A stretch of DNA of 64,000 nt, from the NCBI GenBank assembly GCA_003344405.1, contig NOWV01000144.1, positions 124,001-188,000 on the forward strand, in the 5' to 3' direction. The notes under the pieces are model-generated. The model was not told the DNA's origin. It did no database searches and was given only the letters and a program-made list of their open reading frames with translations. The position numbers were made by a program, and so were the translations under genes. Numbering within the stretch: the first letter of the stretch is position 1; each line of letters begins with the position of its first letter. Shown in pieces: positions 24,446-37,582 of this stretch. Source of the stretch: Trichoplax sp. H2. Taxonomy: Eukaryota.

Positions 24446-25914
24446 TTTCTAATTGATCGAAGTACAGGCACATTTCATCTCGGCCTTTAAGGCTCACTGT
24501 ACTGTACTTATGATATTACATCGATTTAAATAGCAACTGTTTACCATAAATTATTACGGAGTCTTCTGTAGTGCTTGAAATTGTTGATCAAAGGCTGACT
24601 TAACCAATATACTAACTTCAGCGATTTTTTGATCTCAATCATACCTTACCTTACCTTTTGTAATTACACTGCTTCATAATAAAGCGTGCGAATACACGTC
24701 AGGATATGCCTGTGTTGTATATGCATCATAATGTGAGGAACTGTATGTGTATGAGTAAATTCAGTTTACATTACAGTATACTTTAGCTAAACATTTTATC
24801 ATTTTAGCTTTTTATCTTATTGAAAACTGAGTATATCAGCCACTCTATAGATTATCGTTTACATTTACTCATTGAACACGTTGAATCTTGCAATCACTGC
24901 TGTAATCACTACAGCTTCCATTATGTAATAGATCCTCATTTGTACATCCGAAGTAATCAAGTGGACATAGTTGGTTTAGCACAGATTAAAACCGGCAATG
25001 TATGTGTATTTCAAGGGTAAACTTTGATTCTTTTATTGAAATGAACTTGATACTTGATATCAATTTCTCATAAGCAGTGGCAATACACTACTGTTATTAG
25101 AAAATCATAAACTGTCTTTAATTCTTATAGATTTATATTTATTGTACATTCATTCATCTTTGGATCATATCACAGCGGAAATCACTCCATTGCTGCTGTT
25201 TCATGTGGTATTATGTAATAAATATCCCTTTTATGTCCCGAATACCAAAAGTATTTTAAGTTATATTTTAGATAAACCATACAGTGACGTCCAATGCAAG
25301 CCTTACAATGAAAGCATACAATAGTACAATTTCGTACTGTTCAAGACCCCAAGATGCTAGTGGAAGTCCTCAAAGCCCTTATACGAATTGATTTCAGTAT
25401 ATGAAAAGACGCTTCAATTTTACTTCAAATACCTATATTAAAGTACTAGTTCTCATTATGTCAATTAGCACTACACCGTTATCATATGAAATAAACTTGC
25501 TTTGATATAATCTAAATTAATTAAACATCCGAACTGAAGAGATTTTTTATATGTAAAATACGCGTCGCAACGCGGTAACCGCATCAGATGTGCAAAAACG
25601 GCACCAAAATTGAAACTAAGGGTTACAGTTTCATGCAAATCAGCCGTAAGTGTTTACCTCCTAAGCCTATAGAATCCATTACAAAGAAAAGGTGAAATGA
25701 TATAACCATAGAAAATTTTTAGATAGCGGCAATATGCTGTCTATAACGGTAATGGTACAGTTATTGATTAAATTAAACGAATATATATACAATACAATAC
25801 AAAACGTTTTTATCAACGAGAAAGAATGATCACTAAGATACAATCTTATGACGAAAAGGAAGTATTTTATCTCACTTCCACAATGTAAAATAGCAAATAC
25901 ATTACTTTATCTTT

Positions 25915-27517
25915 TCATTGCACTTCTTCAGACGTATAACGTAAATTTAAGGGCAGAACGGGCCATAGTATCGGATGATTTTTATCAGAATAAGTATTAA
26001 ACGATAGTTGAAGTTGAGTTTCTAATTGCTCTATTTCCATAGCACTATCACCGTACTTTTCATTTAATCTTGCCTTTCTAATATCAGTAGCATCTTCGGC
26101 AGATTCATCTATTTTTACTCCTAGTATCATTTTCTCTTCTATGAATCAAAGAGTAATTTATTAACGCTAGTAATTACTTTATTATAATCACTCATCAACT
26201 GTCAAAGTTACAAAGACTCGGATGCCACTACCGAATACCTAACGGCATACTTAATAATACACGACACTTAAAATAAGTACTAATAAATTATATTATATGC
26301 AAAGTACCTTCTTCTTTTTCCATTTGTCTCTCTTTTAGTTTCCTCTCTTTTAAGGCAAAGTATAATCGTTACATAATCATTCACAATAATTTTATATCGA
26401 TTCTAATAGCAAAATAGGTAGCTATACTCACTTCACTTGTATGAAATCACAAGTAAGCGTTATCTACATTAGCTCCCTTTCAATATGCAGATAAATAAGT
26501 ATCACTGAATTACAATTTCATACCTTGACGACGCTTCTCCGATTGCATCAAATATTCTAGAAATACTTCATTTAGGGTAAATGTTGGTTCCTCTTCGCCT
26601 TCATTGTCATCATCTACTTCATCCGGTTCTTCCTCTACAGCAGGATAAGTAGTCTCTATTCACAAATAAATATATATCATTTGGCTCGATGCTTCCACAA
26701 AATACCATTTGTATATTGATTTAATAATTATATAATTTATAAGACAATATACGAGACTCTATTAGCATGCTACAGCGCCTACGGTATCACCGGTGTGCTT
26801 AGTCCGTATACTGCATGTAGCATAATACGATCCACTATTGCATGTAAATATTATCGGAGCATGGAGTAAATTCGTCATCTTTTATCAATTTTAATTTAAT
26901 GCATCAGTTACCAGACAAGGATGAAAGCTTGCTATAGTACAAAATACTATCACTGCCTATGAATGGTTCAGGACTCCACTAGACAGTACAAAACACTCTC
27001 TCATCATAAAAATGACGCGATGTCAGTGCATAATAAATCAGATACTGATGTTAGCACCCGTTGTTAGATTGAGTTTTAGTACTAGTTATTATAAACAGAA
27101 TAATCTAGTAAAGTGCACTATGTGGGAATTACGATGCATACCTGAAAACCTGTTGTTATTCACTAGATATGGATCATTAAGATACTCGTCATGATTATAT
27201 TGGGAAGGATCATACTCGTATTCAGCCTTATTAGGCTGGTGATGTCCATAAGGTAGCCATCTTTCATCAGAGGGTGATTCTGAATGATAATCGTGTACTT
27301 GATTCCAATAATTCCAATAATACTGATTATAATAACTATAGTAGTAGTAGTACTGATTATAATAATGATTATTATAACTATGATTGAATTGGGGAGGTAT
27401 GGTGTGATAATTTGGCAGCCAGTTGCAATAAGGATAATAGTTACTATTATTATTATTATTATTATTATACCAGTAATGATAGTAATCACGCCATCGAGGA
27501 TCGCTAGTACGATTCAT
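25915..27517 (-). CDS. GEMIN8: Gem-associated protein 8 (SMN complex)
   Basis: N-terminal W/Y/N/H-rich exon; acidic exon ...FTLNEVFLEYLMQSEKRRQ (~26525-26655); short exon ~26308-26348; last exon RKARLNEKYGDSAMEIEQLETQLQLSFNTYSDKNHPILWPVLPL, matching the Gemin8 C-terminal YG..A..I...E...QL.F....D...P..WP..PL motif. Confidence 0.85.
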
Positions 27518-30125
27518 TGTGTATAGGATTCGTCACCGTCTCATAGGTTAGTATATCGTTTGTAAGCTGCTTTACCTGGATTGCTATATCCAGAATTGGG
27601 CTGCTGAGTTCAATCAGTTCCACATTTGCAATCTGATCGAGCTTTCAACGAGATCCTGTTCCACGCAATTTTAATCGATGTGCACTACAGTACATTGTAC
27701 AGTATCCGGTACGGTACTTTATATTGTGTTTACTACTGTATATGTACTGTAATGTTCAATACTGTTCTGTATGACAGAGACCTGTATGACTGTATTAGTC
27801 AGTCATTTAGACCTGAGAAAGGGTCAGGTGACATCATTTTTGCTACTGTATTCTACAGTCAATTTTGGCACGCTCATGGCCCATGGGTTACTAATGTTAC
27901 ACTAGTAAGTAATCCATATGCCTAAGTAGTATGACGAAGAAGCTAGTTGCTAGCAAAAATAATGTCACCATGCAACAAAGATTGCAATGGCAGCTTTTAA
28001 AATCCTTATTATGATTGCACTTAGAACTTCCTACATAGATCATAACTTACAAGTTGCACCTTTACCTAAAGTGAGGAATATTGCTCTCTAATACTTATTA
28101 GCCACTGGTTAATTATATATGGATAGTACTCGTTATGTTCTCTATCGCGACCCTAGGTCAATCATGCAATACTCGGTTAGACACTGCAAAGTAGCCTGAT
28201 GCGTGGAGTCCACTTCTTTATTCTGGGTTGCCTTTCCCACAAGTGATATATATATATTACACACGTATTAGTAAATTACTAGTGAACGTATCAATACAGT
28301 TACGATATTAGTATCATATAGTTATCTTATCAGTTAGGCAGCTATGTAATTTATCTGCCCTAATTCCTAGACATTACCAGTCTATCATACATAACAGTAC
28401 TTTCATTTTGTACTGCGCTATGCCGCAGTACAACGTTAAAATGAAGTAAATAGGATTACAATACTTGAATTCCTGATAATCGATAGCCTGAAAAATAGCC
28501 ATCTCCGTATACTGTACTGACTAGAATAATAATTCAATCAATTGATGGATTAATGAGAAGATTATAAAGCAGTGGATAAATCTGTATGCACGGCAATATC
28601 TACAGCTATAACGGAAAGTATAGTAGAATGGTAAATCGTAAATATGTCACATAGTACAGCCGGTAGACTACTCATTCCTCTGCGATGATGCTGTTAATCG
28701 GCAAATACCATCTATCTGCGACGACTACTGATGACTTTTCTACCGGCCCAGACTTGAAGTAATTTCAATTTCAGTTTTTAATTAATTTAAAGGATTAAAG
28801 CCCAACCGAGTTAATTGATCCATTTATTGTATATAATAATCAAAATTACTGCACTTGCTATCGTCCTCTTGCGATCAGTAAGTGAGTTGAGAACCCTAGA
28901 AGGAGGCAGTTATAGAACTATGAATTGGAAGCTTAAAATACTAATCCTATCGAAAATTTTTTACTGAGCAGTAATAGCATGCAATCTAATCATGACATGC
29001 CTTATCATTTAGAATCATCAAAAATATCCAATTACTTTAATGGAGAAGAATTGGAATATTTCATGTTCTACAACTTAAATGTATAGTATTATTAATTGTA
29101 CAAATAATAGAATGGCTTAGTACAATTATCTTCTGCAGTACAAACCGATTAAGCCATATTTATACTCGAGATTTTTCGAGATACAATACCTCCTCAAAGC
29201 TAAATATTGCTCTAAAGGCGATGTTTAGATTAATAAACTTGCACGTCTTAAAAATCTTCCTAACAGTTATCAAGTGTAATTTTATTACCCAACATTATTG
29301 CTACAGGATCGAAATACAGAAATAGATATACTCTATATGAATTAGTTACAATTATTTTAATTGAATCTCAAATATATAATACACTTGCGTATTATACCCC
29401 CATTTTACTCAGTCAACAGACGTAACTTTCCAAATTTAGAACTAATATCATCGACATTAAATAATAATAACACGTGTCTATCTGAAATCTAATCGTAGAT
29501 ACTTTCTCGTATCATAATATTTGTCGGCTATTATTCCTGACACTAGTTCAGAATTACTATGAGATGATAGTAACAGTATAAAATGATCCTGCCTTACTAT
29601 AGAATTAAAACAACAACAATCACTACCCTACTACCAAAGCAGAAAATATGAAAACAGTTTGTCATATCATACTGAATTTTGTAAAACTCTCACAAATTAA
29701 CGACATCTCAAATTTAGAAGATAATTCTCTATGTGTATACGGACAAGACAACGGATTTGAATAATAATTGCAAAAGGGCAGGGAGCTACTCACATGTTAA
29801 GGATTAAAAGATGCTTTCCGAGACTAAATACTACAAAAATGAGGCTACATTTACACAAGCATATGCTAAATAGATAACTTTCATCAATGGTAGATCAAAA
29901 GAAGTAACTGTAAAATGCTAAAAATTGTGTATTTACAATTGTCACTGCATCACAAAATGGATAAACAGTATCTTTGCTTTTAGCTGTTATAGATTTACAT
30001 TAAATGTTTAAAATTCTTAATTGTAAGACAATAGAAATAAGCAATACAATTCTTCATTCTTTGTTATTTGTCTCTCAGATGAGGTCATTAATACCTCTCC
30101 AATATATTTCACGCTTCTAATCATT

Positions 30126-31778
30126 CTAAGAAGCAGCGTATAACGATTGACGAAGAGCATTTTGCTCATTTCTATTCAGTTGTTTCACTTGTATTTCTGT
30201 AAAATGAACTTGGCCACTTTCGACTGTATCATTAGAATGCCTTTCATCACCTGTGTAAATGATAATAATAATTACAATATGTTAAATAGCACATACACTT
30301 AATCAAAAAAAATAAAAGATCTGCTCATGTTTGAAGTTTAAAATTTTAACTGAATGCGATCTTAACCATTTGCAGAATCTATAGGGTATATTAATGAGTC
30401 ACGCTGTTGAGATTTTCTTGTCTTTACAGAGGGTAGTTTACGAGGAGTTAGCAGTCCAATTGAAGGTCGAATGCCAAAGCGCTCTGTGATAATACAATAT
30501 CGTAAAAGTCAATTCCATTAAAAAGAGAAAACATTGAAAGCAATATGAGTAATGATCCCAAACCTGGATTCTCCTCTCTTTCCTTCCTTCTGTTTTCAAT
30601 ATGATTATTCAGAATTGATTGGGCCTATAGATATAATTTTATAAAATAATAATTAAATTAACATTAAACTTATACGCTAAACTTTGACCGTACGCAGCAC
30701 GTGCATTACCTTCTGCATTCGAAAAATTTGATCTGGGTCAGTGTCAAATTCCGTAATTGCCAAATTATTTTTTAAAGCCTAAAATTAGAAATAAAATATA
30801 GTATTAAAAAATTAAAAATTGAGCTAGAAAATCAATAACGGAATTAAGTAGTCAAGATATCTAATACAATAACCATAATCGGATACGATATCTTACTTGA
30901 GACGCTGTTGATCTTGCATGTGGTGGTAATTCAGATTGATAACCATTGTCAGAAAAGTCAAGCTCATGCTTTACAGGGGTTCTTTTAACACTTTCATAAA
31001 AAACATTTCATGTTTTAGATAGCAGTCAGCATACGGATAGATCAAATAATCTAAGTTAGTAATTACAGCTAAATATAATACTTACGCTCTGTTCGTTAAA
31101 ATTGTATATACTCTTTCCACCAACAATATGGCAGCGCCAGGTTTACTATGCATTGTACCATCTATTAATACTTTAGGAATGTCAATCCCATGCTTTTTAA
31201 ATAACTAAAAGGATCAAGATTAAGGATTCATTAGCGTAATTTTCTAAACCAAATATCTAATTTTGTTTACTCTAACGTTGAACTAGAACATAATTAACGC
31301 TATGTGATATCATTCTTATCAGTTCGTATCGTAGTTCGGACAGATGAAAATCGATTTACCCTTTCTAATTGAGACCAATTTCCAATTTTTTTAGGTAGGG
31401 ATGGAGCATTATAATAAGAATGCATATGTATCTCTTGTGGGAAGTACCAAGAAAAGATCTCAGCAACCAAGAATCCATTTGCGAAATCCCTAATGAAGTA
31501 CAGTAAAAGATTGAGTTGGTATTCAATATGGAAATAAATAGCTTTCATCATATCTATTCGTTTTCACCAACTATCTCTCTTTCCTTCTTCATACTAATAT
31601 CATAATAGCGATTTATTCGAGATTTACAGCAATAATAGTGCGTATATTGCATGTAATAGCTGTCAACGCTACTAAAATAGTCAAAATTGTTATCTTGATA
31701 CCTTTTTGGATACTTTACAGACACCGATAGATCCAAACTTTGTAACCACTTAATCACTTCTCTCGCCAAACCGCTCAT
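30126..31778 (-). CDS. SPATA4: Spermatogenesis-associated protein 4-like (SPEF1/SPATA4-type calponin-homology domain)
   Basis: MSGLAREVIKWLQSLDLS...RDFANGFLVAEIFSWYFP...NWSQLER-LFKKHGIDIPKVLIDGTMHSKPGAAILLVERVYTILTNR...FSDNGYQSELPPHARSTASQ over GT-AG exons; stop TAG at 30126-30128. Confidence 0.85.
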
Positions 31779-31911
31779 GATATCGTTTCAGTCCTTTTGA
31801 TGATAACTTACAGTAACTTTTTGAGTTTTATAACTCTACCACAGTAATCTTGACGAACAGTCCTACTGTAAATAAAATAGTCAAATCTCTCTCTGCTTCT
31901 AGCAGAACTAA

Positions 31912-31972
31912 GTTGCGTAGCAACACTATCAACGATTTAGCCTTTGTGCACCCGATCCAGTTACTAGGATAC
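31912..31972. promoter_or_regulatory. Two RFX X-box-like sites upstream of SPATA4
   Basis: GTTGCGTAGCAAC (31912-31924) and GTTACTAGGATAC (31960-31972), 130-190 bp upstream of a cilia/flagella-type gene. Confidence 0.6.
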
Positions 31973-32519
31973 GAGTAACGTACGATCATTTCTGCAGTCA
32001 TGCGCAATAAGGATGACGTTGATTTGATCCGCCTCGGGGAGGGACACCGGTTTTACACCTGTAGTGACATTATTTTTACGCACAATTTTCAGTAGCGAGA
32101 TGCCGTATACTACTATGATATACTGACTGAGTATAGTATAGGATAAACTACAGCACCAACTATAAATTATTAGCAAAAATAATGTTGTCTATGGCTCCTC
32201 AATTATTGACCACCCTACGAAATAGATCCGCTGGCATGGAATCCATAGTAACTACAGTACTCTACAGTACGGTTATAGTACAACCTACCGACACTTCGTG
32301 GAGCTGCTTTGCAAGATCAGCCGATAATTAATGCTCCGAGCTGCAGCATTGATCGAAAAATTTTTAGATATAGGAAAAATCTTACAGCAAGAGCAACAGT
32401 ATTGGTTAACTTGCATGAAGCATCCTATTCCAGATGATTTGACCATGACAACGCTTCATTAAGATGGTAGCAAGCGAGCTGGAGTCCATTCGAGCATTAT
32501 TATTTATTTTTTTATCAAC

Positions 32520-34651
32520 ATGTATACATGCAGCTATGATGGATGCCAAAAATCATTTCAAAAATTAGCTCATCTTACTCAACATTCAATTATCCATAGT
32601 GGCGAGGTCAGTCTATCAACCGTTGTAATGATTCTAGTTCTTATTTGTGGCTGTAAATTATCTATGCTGCTTGTTAATGTTAGATATCAATATTGAAATG
32701 TTGCTTGCGATTATCATCTTAACGTATTCATTCATAACCTACGTGTAGACTGTAATCTACATAGGGAAGAGTTGACTATAGTAAAACTAACTTATAAATT
32801 CTGTAACAAACATATCGATGCCATTTTGATTATATCTAATTCACTATACAGTAAGTGCATGAGTGGCGTAAAGAAGGTGTATATTCAATATCTCTATCTA
32901 TGTATATTCTTGTATGGGTTCCATTAGGAAAGTGTATTGACCTAGAATACTTGACGATAGGTTGATGCAGAATTTTAGAACAACAAATGGTAATTTGCTT
33001 AGAATTAATATTAACTGTAAATTTTCTTATGTTGTTACTATTCAGAGACCATATTCCTGCACATTTAAAGGCTGCGGTAAGACATTTACTAGGCAATATC
33101 ACTTACAGCGCCATGCAATTCTACATCAAACGTTACGACCAGCATCAGTATGCTCCTGTGGTAAAGTTTTTATGTACCGATCAAATCTTATACGTCATCA
33201 GAAAAGTAACTGCAAGGTAATACTCTCGGTCTTTCACTTTTAATCTTTCTTGCATACGTATGCGTATACCAAAGTTGCTACAATCACTTAATAATCTATC
33301 CTATGTACTATACTCTACTGTACTTTTGTAAGCAATAACGTAATTATATAATCAATCAAATTATAGTCATTTCAAACCGAAGAAAACCTCGAGCAGCTTA
33401 ATCGTCATAACGGCTTCACATGTAAACATAAAGACTGTAACAAAACTTTTTCAACCAAAAGCAAATTAATTAGACATGAAAAAGTTCATCAAGGTAATCT
33501 AGACAGATACTTTCTCATACTGCTTATATATACACGTATATATGTATACATATTTTTTTAAAGTCGATGGCAACTTAAATTTCTCATTTGGTCTAAACAC
33601 ACGAATAAAATCTTTGCTGAATAACTAATTTTCATGACATTACCAGGATACCCTTGCACATACCAAGACTGCTCTGTAGTATGTGAAACATATTTATTAC
33701 TAAGGAAACACATAGCTAGCACCCATAAGTCTAAAGGTGAGTAGCAAAAACGTAAACAATTAAAGATGTACGTGTATATGCAGAGTGTTATGTGCTGTAC
33801 ACCTTACAAATAGTAAAGGCGATGGCAACAATAAAGTAAATGTTGACATATTTTACCTTAATTATTCATCACTAGAACTTAAATGCAAAGAGTGTGGCAA
33901 ATTGCTTTCCAGTAATAAACTGGTAAGGAAGTTTTTAACAGTATTTGTAGATATCCACTGTGATGCAACATATCGATTCCGTCTCACCACAGATATAATA
34001 TATAATCTTGTGTATAATCTAATTAACAGTTGAAAGAACATCTTAAAATACATCATGCAGAAAGAATATTATTCCCTTGTCCGATATGTAATCGTCAGTT
34101 TACTCGGGTAAATTATTGTCCTTACGATTACTGTGTCATGTCGTAAATTGAAATCTACCTTCATCCCTGACTAATATACTGCATGTGTTTGATAACCACC
34201 TAGCGAAATAATATGATTTCTCATATTCGATCCCATCACCAACAGCATCGACTATTTTCATGTACAATATGTGAAGAACAATTTCCTTACAAGGCAAGTC
34301 TCTAATTATCCTTGGTATTATATAGTAAATAATAATATCGTAAGAATTTTGCAATATCGTGACCTACAAATACCACTATGCCTGTAGTATCATACTAATC
34401 ATTAATGATCTGTTTATTAGTCATCATTAAAGAGACATATCGAATTAATCCATAATAGTGTAAAGAAGCCAAAGAAGGTCAGTCTTCTATAGCCGGATTA
34501 CCTTCAAGAGCTTTTATTGAGTGTTAATTTTATTTATTATTTGTATTAATATCAGCCGAGAAAGAAGCGTAGCCTAGCATCGCGCATTAGCGGACACGCA
34601 GATATCCCCCCTATCGAGACTACAAATGAAGATCGAGGAGATAATGAATAA
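32520..34651 (+). CDS. GTF3A: Transcription factor IIIA (C2H2 zinc-finger array)
   Basis: Eight fingers across exons (CSYDGC, CTFKGC, CSC, CKHKDC, CTYQDC, CKEC, CPIC, CTIC), a SGERPY linker after finger 1, the HEKVHQGYPC junction, and the TFIIIA C-terminal hallmark KKRSLASRISG; stop at 34649-34651. Confidence 0.85.
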
Positions 34652-35292
34652 TATTTGCTATAAATATACCAGTCAATATTGTATAAATCTAAATAATTAA
34701 ATATTGAAATGCTTAGCCAAAAAAATAGTTTTAATATGTATTAATTATTAGTCAATTTTAATAGCCTAAATTATTGATATACGTACGTGTATGCGTATAT
34801 TATCTCAATATTTTGCAAAACTTGCAACTATAACATGACTTAGATAATGATGAAAATTATTAATAAACATAACTTATTACAATCATTTACATGAACATGA
34901 TATTGTAATGCCATATTCGTTCATGATTAGTACATTATACAATAAGAAAGAATTTTCTGAAATCATTTTACTCTTTGAATTAAAATCACTGAAGTAAGCA
35001 TGAAGTAGGTTACTTAAAAACAATTTTAGCTAATTAATATGAAATTACTCTTATATAAATATTTTCCATTTACTGGTTATTATGTTACATTATCTTCTTA
35101 TCAATAGCTTTTACAGTAACTTCAATCAGCTAATGTTAGGTTTCTGGTACTGTAAGCTTAAAATATCTACGGTTACTTTTTTAAGTCTTTTTGCCTAATA
35201 TTGATTTATTTAAAACAAAGAAATATAAGGTCAGCAGCTTGAAATATTATGAAGCATCACCATCAACTTTATAAATGCAATGTAATAATCTG

Positions 35293-37550
35293 TTAGTTAT
35301 TGTTGCAGGAATAACTTTGATTTGCGTTTTGGCATAGCGAGCTGATAGAGACAGCGCATGGATTCCCGTAATTCGTGCAATTCCTGTAACTAGGGCAATC
35401 TCCATTATATGCAACGAAATTTAATTTTGCAGCATCGGCGGGTTGTATTGTCTGATCCGTATTAAGCACATCATAAAATATTACACGTTCATAAGAATGA
35501 GATTGAGAGAAAGATGAAAAAAATTAAGTTAACGAAAGTTAGAATTAAATATTGTTTTTCTTTATAAGAAATTAATATTACCTGCCAAAAATTAAGATCG
35601 TCAACTAATTCTTTCCCAACGAAGCACAGATTATTGTTAAGCTGAATATAAACCCTTTGACCTATAGCTGTTAAATTGGCTATTCCATCTAGGTTCTGTA
35701 ATAAATTATTTAGCATAACAAATACGATGCCTCCTATACTTTGTACATTTCTCAAGCCATTGACGTTGACTAAATTCTGACAAAAATCAAAAGAATGGCA
35801 GGTGAAAAGCATGACGATTAAACACAACCTCAAACATGCTAATTGGTTATGTCCGATAGATATTTAGAGCTATAATATGCTATCAAAACAGCCTTAACAT
35901 AAGCTATTACTTCATGAATAATACCACGCTGTCTTAGCTGAATTTAACATGCTTTAAGCTTGTCGATATTTTACAGTTCAATTGACTCTATAGTTAGATT
36001 CCTTTTAAGATTTATCTACTCTGCAGATGTATTTGTAACATCAAGACTTGCAGTTTAGTGTAATAAGGTTGATAATGCTTACATAAGAATAAATTTAAAT
36101 TAAATAATACTCCAGCTATAGCATATACAATTAGATCAGCTACATTTAATTTATCATGACCTACAGCTACGTTGTCAGTAAAATCTAAATTATACCGTTA
36201 CTGAAAATTCAAGCTAACTGGATACTTCTCACTAAACTGTAACTAGTTATCGTCTATTAAAGTATGACGATAAACTATATTTGTCTGATCCTGTTACTTA
36301 TTAATGACCTACTTGATTTTGAAAGAGATACAAGGACCCTCGAATTGCTTTTAAATTCTGAAAAATGTCTAAATTAGAAATGAATAAATTGCCAATGTAT
36401 AAATTTCCTCCGACTTCCTGAATTCCGGATAAAGCAGATATATTATATAGATTTTCGTTTCCTTCCAGGTGTAGATTCCCTGCGAAATATCATTACAGCA
36501 TTTACAAATTCTAGCTATCATTTAGATCTATCTACTCATACTAGACAATTTTCTATTGTACATCCACTAGAAAAAGTCAAAAATCAATATGTGACGTATT
36601 TCATACCTAATAACGAAAATATTAATCGTAATAGGTACAATGTTATTAATTTCAATACCTGAAACAGCCTTAGCTCGACGTAGGATAGAAATATCGATTA
36701 ATTGATTATTATAGCGAATAATAGCTCTACTAGCAATGTCGTTAACAAAAACGGAGGTATTATTTGGCGCATTAGCTGCTAAAGCAACAAGACTAATTAA
36801 TTGCGAATTGTCATTAATTTCAATGCCACCAAGTTGCAATATATTTTCTAAGCCAGCTAAATCGACGATTGGCAAACCGCGAATACGTAAAACTTCCCGA
36901 ATAACCTAGTGAAGCCATGAAATTTAACTGCCATTAAATTATAAAAAATAGTTTCTATTTGCAAATCAGCATAAAATAGAGTAATACGGTACAATAAACA
37001 GCAGATTATTATAATGAAGCAGGCTTGGAATACCTCAGCACGTTTTGTCACTCCTTATTAAACAAATAATAAAATAGAGATAGTATAAGTCTCTACTTAC
37101 GGTAATATTCTCTAACGGCTTGAGAGAATCTATATCACAGCTTTGCTGATTTCCTAGACAAGAAATATCTAACTCTTGTACTTCTTGGCAGCGGCCGGCA
37201 TTCTTCAGCTGTTGATAATTTTCGATTTGGACAATATTCTGGCTAATGCATGATAACTTAACTGTAATTTCACTTTGTACAGTGTTGCTTGTTATGCCAT
37301 TGCTACCCGTCGCAGTAATATCTACAAATCTAGTAGCAATTACAAGTAAATAAAATCGTATTAAATGCTATAATTACCGCAACATTATGATCCAAAAAAT
37401 AATTAGTTAATGCCCATCAAGGTAATGATATCCATAACATTAATTTAGGGGATCAAGCTTCTTTACCATTTCATATATTAAGCTATGGAAGATGAGAAAT
37501 AATTTCTACGTGCCTAAACAATCTTCTACTCGTAATTACTGTGATACGAG

Positions 37551-37582
<32 letters not shown>

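Noticed and set aside
27163-27526. Ile-rich ORFs overlapping GEMIN8 exon 1
   Set aside because: Alternative-frame read-outs of AAT/ATT triplet repeats.
31985-32110. Possible snRNA (Sm-like ATTATTTTTA plus a GC-rich stretch)
   Set aside because: No match to the U1/U2/U4/U5/U11/U12 motifs I can recall; better explained as bidirectional promoter sequence.
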